From: Wickerhamiella versatilis
Taxonomy: Eukaryota
NCBI GenBank assembly: GCA_030867685.1
Contig: JAQOWU010000003.1
Span: 1,178,001 to 1,242,000 of the forward strand
Direction: 5' to 3'
DNA: 64,000 nucleotides
Numbering within the stretch: the first letter of the stretch is position 1; each line of letters starts with the position of its first letter. This document shows, piece after piece, positions 31,991 to 42,091 of this stretch. Made by a program: the position numbers and the translations under genes. The notes under the pieces are model-generated. The model saw only the letters and a program-made list of their open reading frames with translations. It did not search any database and was not told the origin of the DNA.

Positions 31991-32157
31991 TCAGGACACG
32001 TAATTTCACATTTCTATTTTGAAAAGAACAAGCAATCAGTCGTCAAAATTAAACAATCGATCGGCTGTATGTTATAGTTTAAGAATGCCTGAATCTCAAA
32101 TTAACTTCTTAATTTTACGGTTTTCAGATGACTTAATAGAGTTACATACACTAACCC

Positions 32158-34653
32158 TTAGGCTCGCCAATATTGGGCAAGGCTATGCAAACGATCAATT
32201 ACCATTGGCATAAATGCATTCACGGAATCATTAATCAAATTTTGGAAGTGAAGGATAGCTTCTTCTTCACTCATGTCTAAACAGAAACGCTCCTCAACCT
32301 TTTGTACAGCCTGTTCCCGCTCCAATTGCATGGTTGGCACTGTACTCTCAGTCATAAGGCTGAGCAATGCTAGAATTAGGTTAGAGGATTTTCGGAGAGA
32401 GGTGAATGCCGTGAAACATAGCGAACGGAACTTCGCATAATTATCTGAATTAATACCACCCATACCATCAATTAGCTGTATCGGAAGCTTGATTACAGGG
32501 GGGAACGGCTTTGGATCGTGTCCAAGAATATAACCAAAATCAATATGTAGGAAATGGCCCTGGCTATCGATCAATAAGTTATCAAGATGTCTATCCCCGA
32601 CACCGAGTAAGTACGTGATAACCCCGTAACCAGCTGTGCTACGCACATAAGTATCCATTATGTCGGCGCGCACACCTAGTGGCTCGCTATCATCCGCACC
32701 TGACTGTCTCAAAAAAGGAAGGATGCCGTGATATTGAGAAATGATGTGAGATACTGTTTCATTAGGGATGAACTGGATGGCACCATCTGTCGGCGACGTC
32801 GCTAGAATTCGATATGGTGTAAGTTTCAAATCCAGATTTTCCTTTTGCAACAGCTGATCCATGAGCTGAATGATTTGAATGACTAGCTGATCTTGTCGCA
32901 GATCATCTCCACTCTTGAAAATTAAAGAATATGTTGAGCCAGAAGGTTCCTTGAGTGTCATCTTTAACGGAAGCATACTCGATTTAAATACGGTGCATTC
33001 TTGTGGTACAATTCCACATATCTGCACACTTGGATCTAGAGGTAAGTTGGTTTTTGGGAATTGTATCAACTCATTGCGAGGATCAGTCAAATACGCCCGC
33101 AATTGCTCAATACGCTTTGGGCGTGATTCTTTGGAGCTCTTCACAAACTTAGCAGCTTCGAGCAACTTGTTCATAAAAGACACCTGCAGCTTCACTTGTT
33201 CTAGCTGCTCAGAACCACCAGGTGCATGTGGTAATGTGGCCAGGTAGTGACGCAATACTGGCTGATATATTTTTGGGCCATACCGCCGTTCGGAGGCTTG
33301 TATAGAGACATACCAGTAGAAGAAGTTCCCAAGTACTGGATTTAAAACCGCGCGGTTGGTTAAAAACCGCGCCAAATAAGACCTGGTAGCGCTTGCAACC
33401 CAAGGCTCAAATTTGAGAGCTTCAACAAGTTGTAACAAATATAACTCAAGGTCATGATCGGAGGCATTACGAAGGCGGTCAACAGCATATGCACGTACTT
33501 GCGCATTTTTCACCGTGGGACCTAAAAGCTCTAGAGCATCCGCAACATCAATATCAACCCACATATGTAAAACCTCTACAGCCTCAGCCGACTCAGTAGG
33601 CTCATCCCAGCTCACTGAATTAATAAATTTTGTCAATGCCGTCTTGTGACGGGTAAGATAGTATCTATACCTCCATACCAAGTTTTTCTCATCCGAACTT
33701 AGCTCATGAACAGGACTGAATGTGCATATGTGCGTGAGCTTATCACGTATTTGCGGATTTGGACGCATATCACGATCTGAAGCAGCGGATCGAATCAATG
33801 TACGATGCTTGGCCTCTATCGGAGTTTCCCTACTGAAGTCAGGGTCATATACTGTCATGAGAGGTTGGGGCTTAGCGGGGTTTCCATCATGATCAAGCTC
33901 TTCAGCATCCTCAAACACTCTGACACTAGCCCCTAGAAGCTGATTGTTCGAAAACACAGTGGACGGTGGAGGAAGTGTGTAGATGATTTCATCATATGCA
34001 ATATCTTGATCAAATAGTGGAAAATCTATAAAAAGGTAGTGACAGCTTTTTGACGTCTTGGCTGCATTGATCTGTTCAATCCGACGAAAGGTCAGGGCAT
34101 CCAACCACTCAATTACAGGAATCTTACCTGTCTGATGCTCCTTAATTATGTTTTCTAGCCTGTCCATTTCTGAGGTATCACTGCTAACTCCTGGCGTGCC
34201 AAGTGCATCCCCTCTTTGGTTCAAATGTACCAAGAGCTTCTGCCTACCCTGCCGTAACGTATTGTCTCGTAAATCAAATAGTTGTATAGTAGTCCCTCCA
34301 TAAACTTCATACTCACGACCGCCACTTGGGCCCCATATTGTTAACGATATACAACTGTTCAAGGGCAATTTCGAAATCTCGACCGGTAGATCCAACCACT
34401 CATTCCACCTTTGCTGTAGACCTTGTGGTACTCTATATTGTGTGTAAACAACGCCAGTCAGTGGTTGGGAGCCCGCCAATACTTGTGCGCTAACAAACAA
34501 GGCAACTGGTTGCCGCGAGCCGCGAAAATTGAGGCCCTTAGATGGGTCTGTAATGACCTCAGAGTAAGGTAGGGGGTCAATTTTTCCCTCCAGGTGTCCG
34601 ATCTTCAAGCGTAGCTGCTGATCTAGATCCTTAGATCGATAGAAACTGAGCAT
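32158..34653 (-). CDS. VPS34: Class III phosphatidylinositol 3-kinase
   Basis: C2 and PIK helical domains (LYLLQLVEALKFE), FKSGDDLRQDQL, GVGDRHLDN, HIDFGYILGHDPKPFPP, C-terminal AQYWRA. Confidence 0.97.
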   Translation of the reverse strand: MLSFYRSKDLDQQLRLKIGHLEGKIDPLPYSEVITDPSKGLNFRGSRQPVALFVSAQVLAGSQPLTGVVYTQYRVPQGLQQRWNEWLDLPVEISKLPLNSCISLTIWGPSGGREYEVYGGTTIQLFDLRDNTLRQGRQKLLVHLNQRGDALGTPGVSSDTSEMDRLENIIKEHQTGKIPVIEWLDALTFRRIEQINAAKTSKSCHYLFIDFPLFDQDIAYDEIIYTLPPPSTVFSNNQLLGASVRVFEDAEELDHDGNPAKPQPLMTVYDPDFSRETPIEAKHRTLIRSAASDRDMRPNPQIRDKLTHICTFSPVHELSSDEKNLVWRYRYYLTRHKTALTKFINSVSWDEPTESAEAVEVLHMWVDIDVADALELLGPTVKNAQVRAYAVDRLRNASDHDLELYLLQLVEALKFEPWVASATRSYLARFLTNRAVLNPVLGNFFYWYVSIQASERRYGPKIYQPVLRHYLATLPHAPGGSEQLEQVKLQVSFMNKLLEAAKFVKSSKESRPKRIEQLRAYLTDPRNELIQFPKTNLPLDPSVQICGIVPQECTVFKSSMLPLKMTLKEPSGSTYSLIFKSGDDLRQDQLVIQIIQLMDQLLQKENLDLKLTPYRILATSPTDGAIQFIPNETVSHIISQYHGILPFLRQSGADDSEPLGVRADIMDTYVRSTAGYGVITYLLGVGDRHLDNLLIDSQGHFLHIDFGYILGHDPKPFPPVIKLPIQLIDGMGGINSDNYAKFRSLCFTAFTSLRKSSNLILALLSLMTESTVPTMQLEREQAVQKVEERFCLDMSEEEAILHFQNLINDSVNAFMPMVIDRLHSLAQYWRA

Positions 34654-35025
34654 TCTTTCTGCTCAAGACCAGAGGAGCTTGTCTGACTGATGGATGACAA
34701 AAAGACCACATGGTGAATATGCACTAGTTTATGTGGTACCAAGGGAGTAACATGGATTGATGGTCTTTGAAAAGCAGTATCCTACACTTTAATACATTAT
34801 CTCTCCCTATACAGAGAAACAAAAAAGGAAAATGCGGGTGGGAACTTGTTAATGGTCTTGAGTTTGATTGAAATTTAGCGAATTGACTGTCAAGACATCG
34901 GAGCCCCTTAACAGTATTTACTAGGTGCTAAAGCATTGGCGTGTGGGTACAATGAAACTTATTTTATGGGACCACTAGTGGGCTATAATGAGGGATTCGG
35001 TGCACTTAGGTAAGGGTTACATAGC

Positions 35026-36657
35026 ATGTTCTGCAAGCGTCTCGGGCTATTGGCCACGCCTCGGATGGCCTGTGGAAGACCCTCTCGTTTATTCATTTCG
35101 AGAAGGTTCAGTGAAAAGACTGATGATGCTCTTTTCATAGATCCTTATCAAGCTGATAAAATGGAAGGGTCTCACCAGTTTTTCGAATTTCAGACTGGCC
35201 GATGGCTCAAAAACAATGCAGCGGAGCAGAAAAAGCGCCAGACGAAGTTCTCGTTGGTGGGTCTTTTACAGATTTTGCGCGAAAAGGCTGATATCCTACA
35301 AGGTAGTCAGGTGGCTATTGAAACTATTGAGCCTCTGTTCGAAGGAACAAATAACAAATTGTATAAGGTTGTATTGAAAGACCACCGACAATATGTCCTT
35401 CGTATTCCTTATGCTACTGGGAGTGCCGAATATCGTAAGAATAGGCTTCTCTCTGAAGTGGCAACCATCGATTTTGTAAATAAGAAGCACAAGGTAAAGG
35501 CACCAGTACCTATTGCCTGGGGTGGGGATGAGAAGAATCCTTTGAAGGTTCCTTTTATGCTGATGCCTTTTGTAAAGGGAGAGAAAATGAGTGAACATTG
35601 GCGGCCATTGGACGGTCAAGATCACTCCGATGTTTTAGACCCTATTGCGGCCTTTGCGGCACTGATTGCTACTACAAAGTTCAACAAGTATGGCTCATTA
35701 TACTTCACTGAAGATTTGCCGGCGCATTTAAGGGTCGAGCCCTATGAGGATGAAAAAGATCCGGAACTAAAAGGACGTTGGGCCATAGGACCTTCGACAG
35801 AAAAGATATTTTGGCAATCACCTTCAGGTGCTAATTTTGCTGGACCATTTAACACCCCAGCAGAATACTTGAAAGCTACCGCAGATGTGCAAACAATATA
35901 CAATCCATCGTCTGAGGCTGCCAAGAAGTACAAGCAGGCAGCCCCTGGTCTGTTCAGCGACGAGGAGCTATCCCAAATTGGTTCTCCTCGGCTGCAGCAC
36001 CCAGATTTGAGCCCTTTCAATGTTATAGAGGGTGATTCCAATTGGCTAATTGATTTTGAGAATGCAGCCATCCGGCCTCTGATACTTCATGGAACTCCAA
36101 GATTTGTGCGTAACAGTGGCGAAACAGTTTACTCAAAAGAGCAGATCCCGGATTTCGATAAATTGTCAAGCGAAGAGCAGTCAATTATCGAAATGGCTAT
36201 TCGTCTCAGTCAGAACCAGCTAGCATATGAACGGGCCTTCCACAGAGCTCAACCCTCTCTCGCAGTTGCCCTCCACCCTGCGGTGAAACGCCGACAGGAG
36301 GTTGTTGAGGATGCTATAGATACAGATATTACCGAAAAAGGACCACAAGAATTGCTGCTTTTTTCGCTACTTCGCTTGTCATTGCTATGGCCGGCATTGA
36401 ACACAAATCGGCCATCGCCTGTGGAATTCACTGACGATGAAGCAGCACAGATCCAGCAGCATGTATTAGAATACTTCAAAGCTACTCAAAGAGATTCGAC
36501 TCTTCGAACAAAGGGCTTTTTGAGCAATGAAGAATTCGATAAGTACGTGTCGCAGGGTAATCTGGTTCATAAGGGCGATGATAACTACGAGTTTACTCAA
36601 GAGTTTCTAGACGCTGGTGGGACCATGTTGGAACGTGCTCGTAGCGCGACTAAATAG
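35026..36657 (+). CDS. AIM9: Mitochondrial APH/kinase-like protein Aim9
   Basis: Arg-rich presequence, FF.F..GRWL.N...E...R.TKF, RLLSEVAT.DF, L.HPDL.P.NV, IDFE. Confidence 0.8.
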   Translation: MFCKRLGLLATPRMACGRPSRLFISRRFSEKTDDALFIDPYQADKMEGSHQFFEFQTGRWLKNNAAEQKKRQTKFSLVGLLQILREKADILQGSQVAIETIEPLFEGTNNKLYKVVLKDHRQYVLRIPYATGSAEYRKNRLLSEVATIDFVNKKHKVKAPVPIAWGGDEKNPLKVPFMLMPFVKGEKMSEHWRPLDGQDHSDVLDPIAAFAALIATTKFNKYGSLYFTEDLPAHLRVEPYEDEKDPELKGRWAIGPSTEKIFWQSPSGANFAGPFNTPAEYLKATADVQTIYNPSSEAAKKYKQAAPGLFSDEELSQIGSPRLQHPDLSPFNVIEGDSNWLIDFENAAIRPLILHGTPRFVRNSGETVYSKEQIPDFDKLSSEEQSIIEMAIRLSQNQLAYERAFHRAQPSLAVALHPAVKRRQEVVEDAIDTDITEKGPQELLLFSLLRLSLLWPALNTNRPSPVEFTDDEAAQIQQHVLEYFKATQRDSTLRTKGFLSNEEFDKYVSQGNLVHKGDDNYEFTQEFLDAGGTMLERARSATK

Positions 36658-36767
36658 TTCATCTTTTTGCTAGTATATAACTTCACATTATGGTTTTTTA
36701 GACTTAGTAAAACGTTTTTGAGAGTTAGAGCGCTATACACACAATAGGAAAAAGAAAAAAAGTAAAT

Positions 36768-36839
36768 TAGCATCGCCTCGTTTCGATCGAGGGACCTCAG
36801 GGTTATGAGCCCCGCGCGCTTCCGCTGCGCCACGATGCT
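36768..36839 (-). tRNA. Initiator tRNA-Met(CAT)
   Basis: Reverse complement AGCATCG...CGGGG-CT CAT AA-CCCTG...GATCGAAAC...CGATGCTA. A1:U72, three G:C anticodon-stem pairs and the GATC T-loop are eukaryotic initiator hallmarks. Confidence 0.96.
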
Positions 36840-37131
36840 CTAAATCGTCAAATTTTATCAGGTTGACTTACCACCCTTAGAGTATCGGATTTTTATTATC
36901 CAACCCATTCAACAGAGTTTTCTGCCTTGAACTGCTTCATGATGCTTAGCTTATGGTACAGGAAATTATAGAGCTTGTTGATCCTCAAAACCAATCGTCG
37001 ACCTAGTCCAATGGTATTTCTTATTGGAATTGAACGAGCAGTATCAACACAAATAGTCTTATTTTTTTAAATAAAGTGATTTCAAAGCTAATAAAATTTA
37101 AAGCTTACGTGCTATCATACTATTTTCTCCC

Positions 37132-40005
37132 CTAATCAGGAACCTCTTTAGCATTCTTGTCAGCGTCAAGTAATCCCGAAACTACCACGTTTCTGTTGGT
37201 CATAAGATTAGCAAGTTCCAAGGATTTGAGCCAATGAACCTTGGCAGATCTTCTCAAGTGCACCTCAGTTTCGTTTTCCCAGAGGAACTGCACTGGTGTG
37301 AACACAACGTGCGAACCCACCATGCCAATCACGACGGCGGCTCCCTTCGAAGCTTCACGATCCTTATAATTGACATCTTGATGATCTTCAATGAATTGCA
37401 CACAACGAATTGCTAGACGGGTTGCACGAACGTGATCAAGTGGCGAGGGAAGACCACCCTGTTGCAAGTGGCCAGGAATTGCCTCACGAGCATCGAAGTG
37501 ACCGTGCGATTCAGTTTCAAAAATACGGGTTAGATTCTCTGTGGTGAACCCTGGGGCAGAGCATTCGTTCCTAATTACCAAACGACCAGCCCGCTCACGG
37601 CCGTTGTCTGCCTTAAAGCACTCACGTAGATGCTTGATATCCGCCGACATTTGTGTAAGGCTAATTCCCTCTTCTGGCACATAGCAAGCATATGCACCAG
37701 TAACCAGAGCACAGAGGGCTGCCACGTAGCCAGACTCACCACCCTGGACCTCAACAACGAACACACGACGGCGAGTAGATGAGGCACTAAGCTTCACAAT
37801 ATCACAGTAGTCCACCAGAGCATTCAAACAGGTATCAGTACCAAGTGAAGTCTCAGTTCCTGGAACGTTGTTAGACACGGTTGCTGGCAGACACGTCATG
37901 GGAATCCGGAATGCTGGATATGTTGGTCGCATTGCATCAAGCATTTGTAGCGAATGGTAGGCTTCAAAGCCACCAATTATAATAAGACCTTGAATGTTAT
38001 ATTTTGTCAGGTAGAATGCAATCATACCATAATCGCAGTCTGGCAGTTGCCTATTCGTGCCGATTTCGCAACCACCTCTTGCATAAATTTCGTTGATCTC
38101 ATGCCAGGAAATGGGCGAGATGGATTCATGTCGAGACAGACCTGTCCAACTATTAGCGATGGTAAATGGCTTATGGCCACGTGCAAGACAGTAAGACGCA
38201 GCAGCTGCCACGGCAGCATTCATACCACCGGCCGGAGCACCGACTGCTACAATGGCGACGTTAATAGGTTCATTTGACGGGATCTTTAGATCTGATCGGT
38301 CAGAAGTAGAAATCGCCAAGTAGTTGCGTAGATGCTCCTTGAACTCTGAATCCCGCAGAGCCCGGGCGCTGTCGAAGTCTTTCCTAGCAATCGCTTCAGC
38401 AACCTTCTTGGTTTCAGCAACAGCTTCCATAAGGTTCGTGCGAATGATTTTGTTCTCTCTGATTCCAATCATTGGACTAGGGGTGTCGGGAGTCGAATCC
38501 AGAATAGCATCCACGGCCTCAGCACCCTGCATTGTGGCCAATATACGGTCAAAAGCGACAGCGGTACCACCACGCTGAGTGTGACCGAATGTTGTAACTC
38601 TGGTATCGAGACCAATCTCACTCAAAGCATCCTTAACCTGCTCAGACTTAATAGGGTTCAGGTCGGTGTCTATGGCACCCTCAGCGACAATAACAATAGT
38701 ACTTCGAGAGCCACCCTTATTACGATGGCGCATCACCACCTTACACATCTTATCTATCCATTGCCCGGCTTGTGGGGGCATTTCAGGAATGAAGACATAG
38801 TCGGCACGAGTAGCCAACGCAGCCATAAGTGCCAACCAACCACAATGACGTCCCATGACCTCGATAACGAATGCACGGGAGTGAGACTCAGCAGTGGCTT
38901 GAATCCAATTCACGCAGGTGCAGATACGATCAAGTGACGATGAAGCTCCGATAGTATGGTCTGTCATTGCCATATCGTTGTCAATGGAGCCAACAAGACC
39001 AGAGATGTATAGGTGACGATGACGTTCATATTGCTCTTCAGTGATCTTCCCAGTATCCCTGAGTTCTTTTATAAGACTCGGCCAGTTCGATCGGAAAAGA
39101 TCGGCACCGGTGAGCGAGCCGTCACCACCACAAACAACGATCGCATCAATACCGGCCTTCACCATGTTGTGACAAGCCTGAAGGCGTCCAGAACGCTCTT
39201 TGAAAGCCATACACCTTGCTGTCCCAATAACAGTACCACCAATACTTAGGAAACCACGAACGTCGTCCCATGAAACTTTCTTCATGAGCCTATCACCCTC
39301 GACCAGACCTTCATAACCTTCATAAACGGCCCACATTTCGCAACCACGGATGATACCATTACGAACAACTGCACGTACTGCAGCATTCATACCAGGCGCG
39401 TCACCACCACTTGTCAACACTGCTATTTTCTTAAGCGGGGGCACTCGCTCTTTGGGACCACTGCCAGGAATATCCCTAGTTTCTTCTGGAATTTGTGAAT
39501 CCTTGAGATGGGGCACAAGTTTCGGCCTCGGAACTGTCGTTGAAACCATGCGCTGGCTGCTGAATCCAAGCAGGTTTCCGATGGGGTCGACAACAAACAT
39601 TTCTAGTGGGTCTCCAAATATAGGATAGCACTGCTTGAGTCCATCATATGCCGGGAGCTTTGGCACTGGGAATATGGCTGCCGTAGCAACTCCTCGCCAG
39701 TCAACCTTTTTATGGTTCTCCACATAATTGTTGACTTGCTCTAATGACACGTCTGCCGCAACACCAATCGGGGAGAGGCGCAGGTAGACAACGTTTAGGT
39801 CACTACCATTGCCGGTCAATATCAATGTATTCTCCCGTTCGCAATCAGGCGAATGATGAACACTCTGTCCACCCTGAATAGCTGAGGTCTTGGCATCCCA
39901 TTCTGCATTTAAAATGAACCCAAGGGATATGTAGAAACTATTCGCTTTCTCAAAGAGAGCAGAACTACGTGTGACCACCGAATATACAGTCGTACCTGAC
40001 GACAT
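37132..40005 (-). CDS. PFK2: 6-phosphofructokinase beta subunit
   Basis: LTSGGDAPGMN, GGDGSLTGA, GSIDND, EVMGRHCG. The second half has the beta-type GAPAGG..RHES signature. Yeast Pfk N-terminal domain present; ATG at 40005. Confidence 0.9.
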   Translation of the reverse strand: MSSGTTVYSVVTRSSALFEKANSFYISLGFILNAEWDAKTSAIQGGQSVHHSPDCERENTLILTGNGSDLNVVYLRLSPIGVAADVSLEQVNNYVENHKKVDWRGVATAAIFPVPKLPAYDGLKQCYPIFGDPLEMFVVDPIGNLLGFSSQRMVSTTVPRPKLVPHLKDSQIPEETRDIPGSGPKERVPPLKKIAVLTSGGDAPGMNAAVRAVVRNGIIRGCEMWAVYEGYEGLVEGDRLMKKVSWDDVRGFLSIGGTVIGTARCMAFKERSGRLQACHNMVKAGIDAIVVCGGDGSLTGADLFRSNWPSLIKELRDTGKITEEQYERHRHLYISGLVGSIDNDMAMTDHTIGASSSLDRICTCVNWIQATAESHSRAFVIEVMGRHCGWLALMAALATRADYVFIPEMPPQAGQWIDKMCKVVMRHRNKGGSRSTIVIVAEGAIDTDLNPIKSEQVKDALSEIGLDTRVTTFGHTQRGGTAVAFDRILATMQGAEAVDAILDSTPDTPSPMIGIRENKIIRTNLMEAVAETKKVAEAIARKDFDSARALRDSEFKEHLRNYLAISTSDRSDLKIPSNEPINVAIVAVGAPAGGMNAAVAAAASYCLARGHKPFTIANSWTGLSRHESISPISWHEINEIYARGGCEIGTNRQLPDCDYGMIAFYLTKYNIQGLIIIGGFEAYHSLQMLDAMRPTYPAFRIPMTCLPATVSNNVPGTETSLGTDTCLNALVDYCDIVKLSASSTRRRVFVVEVQGGESGYVAALCALVTGAYACYVPEEGISLTQMSADIKHLRECFKADNGRERAGRLVIRNECSAPGFTTENLTRIFETESHGHFDAREAIPGHLQQGGLPSPLDHVRATRLAIRCVQFIEDHQDVNYKDREASKGAAVVIGMVGSHVVFTPVQFLWENETEVHLRRSAKVHWLKSLELANLMTNRNVVVSGLLDADKNAKEVPD

Positions 40006-41063
40006 GTCGAACCACACAAGTTACCAATTTTTTTTTAAGGCTTTGCTCAGTCTCGGGGCTCTATCTATATGACGTGAATTTGGGAGAAACCTACCTAACC
40101 CTAACGATGGTTGCGATTCATACGATAGCAACGTATGCCTAAATCAATGCCCAGAAATAATTAATACAGACTTCGTAGGAAGATTCACTGGGGCAAGAAT
40201 ACAAACCTAGCATATGGGGAGGAGAAATACTTGACAGCTCGTTTCGGTCGCACATAACAGGTTAGGGTTTGCTTTTTTCGACTGGCTCGGGGATATGCAG
40301 CGCCTTATAAGCCTCGCTTCCCTCAGCAGAGAGCTCTTTTGGCCATATTGTGCTTGGAGAAAGTTTTGTTGGCTTATTATGCATCTACATATTTGGACAT
40401 GGAAACGAAGGCCAGGTGCGTAAGCGAACCCGAGCCCTAGGAATTATCAGTGTGATTCGCGATATGGCACGAGTATTTCGGTCTTTTTCGACTCTACAAC
40501 TTCTAGATGAGTGACTGCAGCAGCTATAATACGGTGCACCATGAGATCAAGAAATCGCAGCACTAATACATAGTGTGCTATTATGGTGCCTTAGGTTAAG
40601 ACCCTAACCCTGATGCCTTTAAGCGAGCTAGCTGCCGGTAGTAAACAGCCGGAGAAAGCGCGAGGATAGCGTTGTTTTATCAGATCCTAAACAATATTTT
40701 ATGTTCCAGCACATTTTATAGAGAGATTATATTTGCTTCACATCTATTTTTCTTGTTGATGAAAAAAATTACTGGTCACCTCTGTATACCAACGATAGCT
40801 TGCTGAGTAGAGGGAGAGAGAGATCAAACTGATTAATCAGTAAAGTGATGCTTTCTACTAGCCCGAGACCATATGTAACAACGTGTGAGGGCTAGGAAGT
40901 TTATCAGCTAGTTTTCAAGCACTGATGTTGATGTTAAGCAGAAAAGATAGATATTATGTCTTTACTATGACACAATGGGGTTTTCATATTATTCCGTTAT
41001 TAGCCAAATCATGTGTCACCAGCTGCAAATCGTAAAATACAATATTTCGAGAGCAAGAGTCAC

Positions 41064-42065
41064 ATGCTTATTCAAAGGTTGCTGATTGGGCGAGCAATCC
41101 GAGGGATGGCAACTTCACAACCTGTCAAAAAGATGAAAACCACATGTCCATTTGCTAATCCACAGGACATTACGGGAGAACTTACTCCATCAGCTATCTT
41201 CATAACTGCACTGATCAAGTCGAACCCAGAAAAAGTGAGGGATTTAATTGGCGAAGTTCCGTCACTTGCCAATAGCATAGGCTTCCGGGCTCCCGCCAGT
41301 AATTTGAGCTGTGTTACTGGTATTGGTGTGGATGGGTGGAAGCAAATGTTCCCCGAAGCGAAGGTACCAAAGTATTTGCATCCTTTCGAAGAACTGAAGG
41401 GGAAGTATACAGCCCCGTCTACCCCTGGTGACCTGCTATTTCACATCCGAGGAACAAGAATGGATACCTGTTTCGAGCTGGCCCGTGTAATTCTGGACAA
41501 GCTTAGTGGTAATGTGGAAGTTGTCGATGAAACTCATGGTTTCGGGTATTTCGATCAAAGAGATCTGCTGGGATTCGTTGATGGCACCGAAAATCCAAAA
41601 GGAGACGATGCTGTGGAAGCAACTGTTTCCAATGCTAGTGACGACTCGGATTATGTAGGTGGATCATACGTGATAACCCAGAAATATCTTCACGACTTGA
41701 AAAAGTGGAATCAGGTCCCTGTAGAGGAACAGGAAAAAATTATTGGGCGTGAAAAGTTGAGTGATATTGAACTCGATGATGAGAAAAAGTATCCCTTTGC
41801 CCATAATGTCTTGACCAACCTGGATAGTGGCGAAGAAATTTTGAGAGACAATATGCCGTTTGGAAATGCTGGCAAAGGTGAATATGGCACTTACTTCATT
41901 GGATATGCCAAGACCCCTCTGCCTACCGAAGAAATGATGCGCAACATGTTTTTGGGAAATCCGGAAGGCAATTATGACCGCGTCTTGGATTATTCTGAGG
42001 CAATCACTGGAAATCTCTTCTTTGTGCCTTCCGCTGATTTCATAGGGTCGCTTAGCGATGATTGA
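41064..42065 (+). CDS. Dye-decolorizing peroxidase, bacterial class B (DypB-like), with putative mitochondrial presequence
   Basis: PSTPGDLLFHIR, RDLLGFVDGTEN (GXXDG), GGSYV..QKY.HD, proximal His AHN, distal Arg ILRDNMPFG, GTYFIGY and FFVPS. ATG at 41064. Confidence 0.93.
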   Translation: MLIQRLLIGRAIRGMATSQPVKKMKTTCPFANPQDITGELTPSAIFITALIKSNPEKVRDLIGEVPSLANSIGFRAPASNLSCVTGIGVDGWKQMFPEAKVPKYLHPFEELKGKYTAPSTPGDLLFHIRGTRMDTCFELARVILDKLSGNVEVVDETHGFGYFDQRDLLGFVDGTENPKGDDAVEATVSNASDDSDYVGGSYVITQKYLHDLKKWNQVPVEEQEKIIGREKLSDIELDDEKKYPFAHNVLTNLDSGEEILRDNMPFGNAGKGEYGTYFIGYAKTPLPTEEMMRNMFLGNPEGNYDRVLDYSEAITGNLFFVPSADFIGSLSDD

Positions 42066-42091
42066 GCTTCATTGTTACATATTATATTAAA

